Of a stretch of 64,000 bases of DNA, positions 55,034 through 64,000 are shown piece by piece. This DNA is from Octopus vulgaris (lineage: Eukaryota). A program made the position numbers and the translations under genes. Within the stretch, counting starts at the first letter, position 1. Each line of letters opens with the position of its first letter. The DNA lies in contig OX597818.1 in assembly GCA_951406725.2 (NCBI GenBank), positions 76,198,001 through 76,262,000 of the forward strand. Reading direction: 5' to 3'. Under the pieces are notes generated by a model that did no database searches, was not told the origin of the DNA, and was given only the letters and a program-made list of their open reading frames with translations.

Positions 55034-55370
55034 TATATGCAATTACATACCTACTGGTTTTCAATGTGCGTCTGTAAAGATCTATACACACTCACATGTG
55101 CAGAAAAATTCACGAATACGTACTTGTGCTTTCAGCCACGCATTCGCATACAGCCATATATATATAATAAATAACATCGTATTGTACTTCCGTTATATGG
55201 TAATCTCAAAAAATGTCACTGGTCAATATTTGAAAGCCTAAGAAAAAGATTATTTATGAGAATAGTGTGGATTAACTTCAATTTATATCTTCTCCTCTAG
55301 AAGAATTCTTTTGCATAGTTCAACGTCCCTTACTGGTTTTACTGTCTGTCACCATGTACACACGCATATA

Positions 55371-55461
<91 letters not shown>

Positions 55462-55546
55462 ATATATATGTATATATATATAGATTCATATATATACACA
55501 TACATATATGTTTATATATATATATATATATATATATATTCATATA

Positions 55547-55688
<142 letters not shown>

Positions 55689-56966
55689 CGCGTGTGTATA
55701 CACATTAGCAGTAGTGAACAATAGAAAATGTACTTAAATGTTGAATATGAATAATTTAGCTTGATCACCATAATCCCTTTCAGCAGACCTAATTATCTGT
55801 CTATTTATATACATATATGTATGCATGCGTGAGTATATAAATATGTGTATATACATACATACATACATACATACATACACACACACATATACACATGTAT
55901 GTATATATATATATCTGTGTGTGTGTGTGTGTATTCATATACATATATATATGTACATATACATACATATACACATATATATATGTGTGTGTGTATATAA
56001 ATATATATAAATATATGTATACATACGTGCACTCACACACAAACACGTGTATATATATGTATATATGTATACTTATATACATATATCTATATACATACAT
56101 ATGCATATATATGTGTGTGTGTATTATGTATGTATATATGTGTGTATGTGTATATGTATATGTTCTTATATATACATGTGTATATACAACTATGCAGAAA
56201 TTCATAATTATACGTATATACTCACAGCATTAATAATATATTACATATATGTGGTACAGGGAATTAATACTTTGTTCCTCTACTATTGCTTATTCCATTT
56301 TTAACTTTTCTTCTGTGTAAAAACTTCCCCCTTTAATAACTTTCAGGCATACCTAACACGCCTCCACATTCTTGTTTTTCCTTTGCCTCAGCTACAATTG
56401 TTTTATTGGTTCCTCACCATCCATTGGAAACTCTATCAAGTCTCTCCAGACATTTTGTCAGTGCATTGTAGTTCTTTTTGCCGTATTCTTTAACATTTCT
56501 TGTCAAAGAACACCATCCTTTTTTCTTTCCATTTTTATTATTTCATCCGTTTAAAGGTGTTTCATCCAAATATTTCATCCGTTTAAAGGTGTTGCATGCA
56601 CATCTATCACATCATCTACGTTCTTCTTCCTTTTCTTTTTACCTCACGCACGCGCCCTCCTCAAACCTCGTCACACCCACGCTTTCTTCATACGCACTTA
56701 ACCCTTACACACAAATATACATGCACCAACACCTCACATCCCGCTCACCTACACACTATTCTTCTGCAGTTATGCACTTTTAGACGTATGCACACACCCT
56801 GCAATGCCCACTAACCACCCAATCCATTTTCCAGCTTCTAGATATATATATCCTTCCCTACTTGCACACACACACCCACCCCCTCCGTATTTTCATCGCT
56901 TGCTCATTTTTCTCTTCTCTCACGGACTATTTTTTTCCTTCTTACTCCCACTACGCTTTTCTCATT

Positions 56967-57000
56967 TTTCTGATGAAGGACAGAAGTTCGAAACATTAAG
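56967..57000 (+). ncRNA. Decayed minimal hammerhead motif, same architecture as 36241
   Basis: UUU-CUGAUGA-A-GGAC(AGAA)GUUC-GAAAC-AUU-AAG. The G16.2 position is A, consistent with CpG decay. Confidence 0.5.
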
Positions 57001-57219
57001 TTTCTTTCTCTTCCCGTTAACACATAAAATTAAAACTGTATTTGTTAAACCATGTGACAAAATTTAGACATTATATTTCCACTACGCTAAATAACTACAT
57101 CTGCTATATCATCCTTTCCTGGGATCATTCTTGAGCTGAGTTGTATAATAGCAATTTTAATTTCCTCTATGTCAGGATTATTACCCATTTCTCCAGTAAC
57201 TATGAAATAGTTACATAAT

Positions 57220-59775
57220 TCGTCTGTGGCAGACGAGATTGAGAATTTTTATGCAACCCTTCGTTCAACCATTGAGCAAGTACCTCTCCATAATGTTCTA
57301 CTTATAGCTGGTAATCTGAATGCTAGACTAGGACCCGATGAGACCAAGTTTACTTTCAACTCTAAAACTAATCGGAACGGAGAAATGCTCAAAGACTTCT
57401 TGGAGGAATTTAATCTCTACACCTCCAACAATTCTTTTATGAAACCAAAAGGTCAACTTTGGACATTTGAGTCCCCACTTGGTGATAGGGCACAAATTGA
57501 CTACCTCATCTTTCGAAAGAAATAGCACAATAGTGTTAGAGACTCGAGATCCTACTCTTCCTTTAGTTCTGTCGGCTCTGACCACAGAATTGTATCAGCT
57601 ACCGTTAAGCTTAGTCTTCGCTCATCCAAAAAAGCTAAGCCTCACCCGATGAAAATGATCGACTGGGAGGAAGTCTTATCTAACCCCGATATGTCCAAAC
57701 AATTTACTATTGAGGTCTATAACACATTTCAATCTCTGTCTACTTCTGAAATAGATGCTGAGAACATTGAAGAAGTATACAGCAGCCTCATCAAATCAAC
57801 AGAGGAAGTTGCACTGGCTACTCTTTCCAAAAGGAAGAGTAGGGGCCAGAGCAAACCTTCTAATTCCCCAAATGTCATCGAAGCCAGAAACCATCTAAAG
57901 TCTATATCACTAGCTTACCACCGTTCTCCATCCCAGTCACTGAAGATCCAACTCATAGCTGCCAAGAAGAATCTTGATGAGGCTTACTTGAACGCCGAGG
58001 TCGACTTTATCAATGGCAAAATTAGTAAACTATCCAAAGAGCACATTAGTAAAAACACCATCTCGCCTGGAAATCCATCAAAGACCGATCAGGCAAAAAT
58101 TCTGGGTCATCAATTAGAATTAAAGGGGGATCAGCTAAGAAGCGTTTAGAAAATTGGTCAACCCATTTTAAAAACCTCCTTGGGAAGAATGCCAAAATCC
58201 CTGATAACCCCACTCTTCCAAGTGTGCCTATATCAGACACGCTGGACATCAACACCTCCCCTTTTACCATATTTGAACTAACAGCAGCCACCAAGCAACT
58301 AAAAGCCTCGAAAGCATTTGGTCCCGACAATATCCCGGCTGTAATTTGGAAGGATGATAGATTTCACACACTTTTGCTCAACCTCTGCAACCACACACTT
58401 TCCACCTTTGTCGCTCCAAAGATTTGGCACCAATCTCAAATAATTCCAATACCCAAAAAAGGCGATTTATCCCTCGTCACCAACTACAGGGGTATATCTC
58501 TAATGTCAATTGCTGCAAAACTGTACAACAAACTGATCCTAAATCGTCTTGTCCTTTTTGTTGAACCTTTGCTCCGAAAGAACCAAAATGGATTCAGACA
58601 TGGACGCTCAACGCTGAGCCAGATACTATGCCTACGCAGACTTATTGAAGAATCAAAAGCATTTAATCGCGATCTTGCAATGGTATTTGTAGACTTTTCT
58701 AAAGCGTTCGATTCTGTAGATAGGTACGAGATGTTTGAAATCCTTAAGCTCTATGGGATACCAGACAAAATCATTTCTGCCATCAAGGTCCTCTACACAG
58801 ATACGTCTTCAACCATCTTAACCCCTGACGGAGAAACATCATCTTTCTCAATCGGAGCCGGAATACTGCAGGGAGACACACTCGCCCCATTTCTTTTCAT
58901 CATTGTTGTTGATTATGTGCTACGTATGTCAGTTGATACCATCTCTGGAAAGGGCTTTGAAATAAAACCAAGAAGTTCCAGACACCCAGCTGAGTACTTG
59001 ACAGACACTGACTTTGCTGACGACATCGCTCTTATCAGTGATTCTCTCTCCAATGCCCAGTCTCTTTTACAATCTCTTGAACAAGCTTCAAATTGTGTAG
59101 GTCTTTACCTCAATGAGGCCAAAACTGAATACATAAACAAGTGCCTGTCCAACAGTGATTGCATCATCCATACTCTCAACAATGCGCCTTTAAATATGGT
59201 TTCTGATTATAAATATCTTGGGTCATACATATCATCATCTGGAAAAGACTTTCTAACTAGAAAGGGTATGGCCTGGTCAGCCTGTAATGACATGCATAAG
59301 ATCTGGTCATCAAATCTAAGTAGAGACTTCAAACTTGAAATCTTCAAAGCGACAGTCGAACCAATTCTACTATATGGCTCAGAAACCTGGACGTTATCAA
59401 AGAAGCTTGAGAGGCGGTTGGATGGAACCTACACTCGCCTCCGTATGAGAGCTCAAAATCTCTCGTGGAAGCGCCATCCAACCAAAATGCAAATATATGG
59501 GAAACTACCACCTGTGTCATCTCTTGTGAAAGGTAGGAGAGTCCAGTTTGCTGGACATTGTTGTAGAGCTGAAAAAGAAGTAATTTCTCCTCTTCTCCTC
59601 TGGAAGCCATCTACTCGCAATACCAGAGGGCGCACACTCTGCTACCCTGATGTAATCTCCAGGGATACAGGCATCCAACAACAGGACCTCCGTAATGCCA
59701 TGATGGACCGTGAAGTCTGGCGTAGCATGGTAAATTCCATTGTCTCGACCACGGTCGAACAATGATGATGAATGA
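57220..59775 (+). mobile_element. 5'-truncated RTE/RTE-X-like LINE (APE endonuclease + RT) with (TGA)n tail
   Basis: APE motifs GNLNARLG, QIDYLI and SDHRIV. Stop at 57523 and frameshift near 58060. RT motifs in the 513-aa ORF. Confidence 0.9.
58224..59765 (+). pseudogene. LINE reverse transcriptase domain (intact portion of a disrupted ORF)
   Basis: KAFGPD, NYRGISL, QNGFR, FVDFSKAFDSV, GILQGDTLAPFLF, FADDIAL, YKYLGS, LLYGSETW. Confidence 0.9.
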
Positions 59776-61499
59776 TGAAATATTTTCTGTAACCTTCTCA
59801 ACTCTTGTGAGTGGATTGTGAGAAAGATCTGTAAAATACACGTCTTTTCAGAATATCCTCAGCATCACTGATTAATGTAGATCCAATTTTTGGAACGCAC
59901 TAGAGAAATAGTTGATTAGCGAAAACCAAATTTCTACTTTAACAAACTATTTTGGCGAGCGGTGAACAAATAGAATCGTAAGCAGTAGGCGAGGACCACT
60001 ACTGTTCATGTTATCTATACCAATGCATGCGTCTCAAACTATAAACCAGTATTGCAGTCACGCTCTATTCTGGTATGATTTTATTACCTTTCAGTGTGGA
60101 AGTAATGACATCTTTGAAATTCATCTAGAAAAGTAAAAGTAATTTTTTACTGAGTGATGCGTTGGTACATGAATATGAAAGAAAGTTATATGAATACCAC
60201 AAGACACCGGTAAACGGAATTTAAAGATTCAATCATTCATATAGGATGGTCACTCATCTGGTCTAACAGCTAGGTTCTTCCCGATCATAAAACCAATACC
60301 GTTCTTCTATTTCTCATCTGTCAGTTTGCCAACCCAAAAGAATCTATTGCCACGTTCTATTTTACTTAGCTGGTTTCCTTGATAATCATGATTCAGAAAG
60401 GGCAGCAATATCGATCTCATATCGATTAATTTCTTCAGCAACGAGTACGGCCTTCTGGTCATCTGGCTTTACGTGAGTTAATAGAGCTCACACATTCCAA
60501 CAACCCATCTGTGCAGCTATCGTATGTGTTTACGTTTACACATTTGTTCTTTCCGCTGAAATTAAACAAACACCAGTTTCAGCGGGCAAGCTTGTAGAGT
60601 GGGTGAGCAGTGCACTCTTTAGATAAGGCTGCTCAGACATTGAGATTCTATCCAATTCTAACAAGATCGAAGACAATAATTTTAAGATACAAGTGTAGGG
60701 TTACTGGGAACAACTCCAAAGTTCTGAAGATTTGTTATATAGAACACACAAGAGATAGACTCGCTATCATTTCCATCTGAGAGATTCTGTTGGTAAGGAA
60801 CCAAAACTTGGCATGCACCAAGGAATAAAATAATAGAACGGCAATATATTGTCAACTGCCAAATATCTAATTAAATGCCTTATAAAAATAGAACAACCAC
60901 CGAAAAAAAAATTTTTTTTCAATGTAAGATGCTATTTAACGATTGCATTGTTTTTCTGAAAGCTAATCTGTTTATTTCCTTACCCCCACCCCACAAAAAA
61001 ATGAGGGATGTGACTATAGCCTGTGTTGAAGATTGGAATCATCTTATTAAGTTTCTATGGAAGATCAGCTGTTTAAGAGGTTGTAATCAGTTTAAGATCG
61101 TCGTTAATGAATAACTGACTACATAAACACACAAGAACATTGAAATAGCTGTATTAAAGCGCCTAAACAATAACAGGATATAGCGAATGCAATGCTATTC
61201 CAGCATGATCGTACATACACGCGCGCGCATGCACGCACTCACGTACACATACGTGTATAGTGTGTGTACTATGTAAAATGTTTCTATATCCTGGGTTTCG
61301 GCAGCAGGTGCCTGGTCTGCTTTTTGAAACGGTGGTGCCCCAGCACGACCGCAGCTTTAAAGCTGAAATAATTTAAAGAATTCAAGAAAAAACTACGTTA
61401 CAACTCTTACATTACAATATACTTATATGTATTGTAGGTATCTATATAAGCACATATACTACAAACACACAAATGCGCATACACATGCATATCTATATA

Positions 61500-61543
<44 letters not shown>

Positions 61544-62678
61544 GATGGATGTATATGTACATATCTATATACATACATACGGTGAATTCTATCAGCATTT
61601 TCTCTATTTCAGAAATGTTACGTATAAAAGTTAAGCATATCTGGTGATTTGACATTAATTTGCATTATATAACTAATAATAGTCTTACGTTAATGAGACA
61701 TACGTAAGATGGTGTAACTAGACTATCTTATAAACAATCTCTCATATTTATGTGTGTGTGCGTGTGAGTGTGTGCATGTGTACATATTCTCTTTTTCTAG
61801 TTCTATCCCATTGCTGCGGTCCTGCTGGAGTACCGTTATTACTGTAGGTACTCTTTCTTCAGCTCTTCTGTCCTTGACTTTTGGAGAATCAGGGAGTTTG
61901 AAACTCCTGTCCTCATTTGCGTTTTTGTTTTTGATATAATGTAGATTTATCTGGGTTCTCACTTAGTAGAAGCTGTAAGTGTGTCTTGAATCTATTTACA
62001 TATTTTCCATATAGTTCATTGAAGTGTTTTTGCTGTTTTGTTTTGTTTTGTTTTGTTTTTTTTAGTTGGGGCAAGATATTGGAAAACTGTGAGTACTGGA
62101 TTTTTAAGTTGTTGCAGTATTATGTCTTAATTTTTGATGGGGAGGATGGGACCAAACATATTCTACTATAATTGCTTATGCGATGTGATTTTTGATACCA
62201 AGGTTTTGATGCTAGCTCTTTCAGGATCCTCCTTGTTCTGAATGATATCAGAATCCCTCCGGCTAGTCTTCGAGAGGCTCAAACGCTTCACTGAGGTAGT
62301 AACGTTGGATTGCTTCCCGTTACGTCATTAGTTTCATTCTATTTGTCGATTGCAATTGTGAGCAATAGAAAAGTCGGCTGAGAGTAAAAGTTTTCCACAG
62401 AGACCATGGTCTCTTGTTCTGAATGATCTCAGAATCCATCTCGCTAGTCTTCGACACCTCCTTGCCATTTTTAGTAATATGTGCATGAAATAATTCATCA
62501 ATACTTATCTTAATCCTCTCCAAGTTATGCACTGACTGTTAATCTAAGACCACCATGCCTTCTAGTCCTGCTTATTTCGACAGCGGTGTGTCCTCAGGTG
62601 TTAGCGATGTGAATGTAATTTCCAGTATTACATGTATGTTGCTTTATTCTTCAGCCCACTTGTATATTTCATTTAGAT

Positions 62679-62976
62679 CAGTGTTTCTCAACCATTTTTT
62701 AGCTATGGACCTCTTCGATTCCTATTTTACTTGTGTGGACCCCCATAGCCATTCACGGTTTTTAAAATCCTATTGTATTTTTATAATTAAATATTATTAG
62801 GACTTATATAAAACTTGTGAAAATATTTTGTGCATTGGGGACGTATAAACAATTTATTGCACATTAATTTTACTGGTCTGAAGCATAGATTTTTCATGGT
62901 CCCTGAAAAATTACCATGACCTCCAATTTACTTTAATGCATCCAAAATCTTATATGGACCCCGGTTGAGGACCCTG
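62679..62976. mobile_element. hAT-type MITE
   Basis: TIRs CAGTGTTTCTCAACC and GGTTGAGGACCCTG, with 8-bp TSD ATTTAGAT / AATTAGAT. Confidence 0.75.
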
Positions 62977-63260
62977 AATTAGATGATGCAGCATGTTTGT
63001 AACATTATCAGGATTTTTGATTGCTTATGATACTTCCATACCATCAGTATAGCAGCTAGTGAGAGTGACTGTCAGTATGACTGAAGGTATGCCGGAGAAA
63101 ACCCATTACGAAAAGCAATGCCTGAAGAACGATTCTGCTCTAAATTAATATTTCCTTTCAGATAGCACCGTGGGCTACAACTGCTTGATTCTTACATTCT
63201 ATAAAGCGCAGAGCTGTGTGATATCTCTACCAAGATTTCTCTTTCCTCTCAGAACGAAAG

Positions 63261-63324
<64 letters not shown>

Positions 63325-63329
<5 letters not shown>

Positions 63330-63694
63330 TAATATTTGGAAAATCGCTCGAAGAAATTGCCGGTATTTTTTTTGCTGCCGACAAAAAACTGCACTTGCAC
63401 GATGGATTTTAAAAATTAAAATGTATAAGCAAGATGCACATGCTGGATTCACTTCGTACTTATATGTTTAATCTTGGCGTACCTGTTGACGAAGACATCG
63501 CCTAGCAAAATATTTTATTTCCTAAAAGAATCTGAAAAAATGGTCCAGGAAATAGATGGTAAATGTTTTAATTTTTCATTCCCTTCGGGATTTTATCCCC
63601 AGATTAGTAGTTTGAACGTTAGCTGTTCCTTCTAGCGTAAGGGAGTCCTATGATGGACACCTTTTAATGTGTTTAAATGTACATTGTATTTTAT

Positions 63695-63695
<1 letters not shown>
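63325..63695 (+). mobile_element. TA-flanked element of the 37.1-kb family with a decayed hammerhead (63482-63549)
   Basis: CCUG-UUGACGA-AGAC...UCU-GAAAA-AAUG-GUC^CAGG. Downstream sequence is homologous to 37160-37305. Confidence 0.6.
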
Positions 63696-63781
<86 letters not shown>

Positions 63782-63868
63782 TACATACAAATTTTTCGAT
63801 CAAAACTACTGCGAGTTAACATGAGATCCCTTGACGACAATGTAACTTTCATTTGACTAAGATATCTT

Positions 63869-63952
63869 TGGCCTGATGAGCAGCTACCGGAGTACCCCTT
63901 ATTGAATAAGTATTGCTTCCAAGGTTCTACTAGCTAGGAAACATATGTACCT
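63869..63952 (+). ncRNA. Hammerhead-like motif with long stem II
   Basis: CUGAUGA (63873)-GC-AGCUA...UAGCU-AG-GAAAC-AUAU-GUA^CC. Palindromic stem III, weak stem I. Confidence 0.55.
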
Positions 63953-64000
63953 TCGATTTTACCTACTCCATTCCCTAAATTTGGATTTTTATTCGCATAC

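Overview
AT-rich, microsatellite-dense eukaryotic DNA with no recognisable host protein-coding exon. The SINE families and the (TA)n/(TATG)n/(CA)n load strongly suggest an octopus genome (inference). Nearly all interpretable sequence comes from transposons. There are at least five Penelope-like elements (PLEs), one almost intact at 38.1-42.2 kb with two ORFs and a candidate -1 frameshift site. Also present are an RTE-like LINE, two R4/Dong-like LINE fragments, Helitron, mariner, Tigger, hAT and Chapaev remnants, and many tRNA-derived SINEs. The most striking pattern is a set of unrelated non-coding elements embedded in (TA)n tracts. They form back-to-back inverted and tandem arrays, with one hammerhead-ribozyme motif per unit (retrozyme/PLE pseudo-LTR-like). 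One family (45.2-47.0 kb, three copies) has all hammerhead core elements in a strand order matching none of types I/II/III, implying a pseudoknotted or permuted hammerhead. Most short ORFs in the track are microsatellite artefacts. All calls were made by eye, with no searches or folding run.
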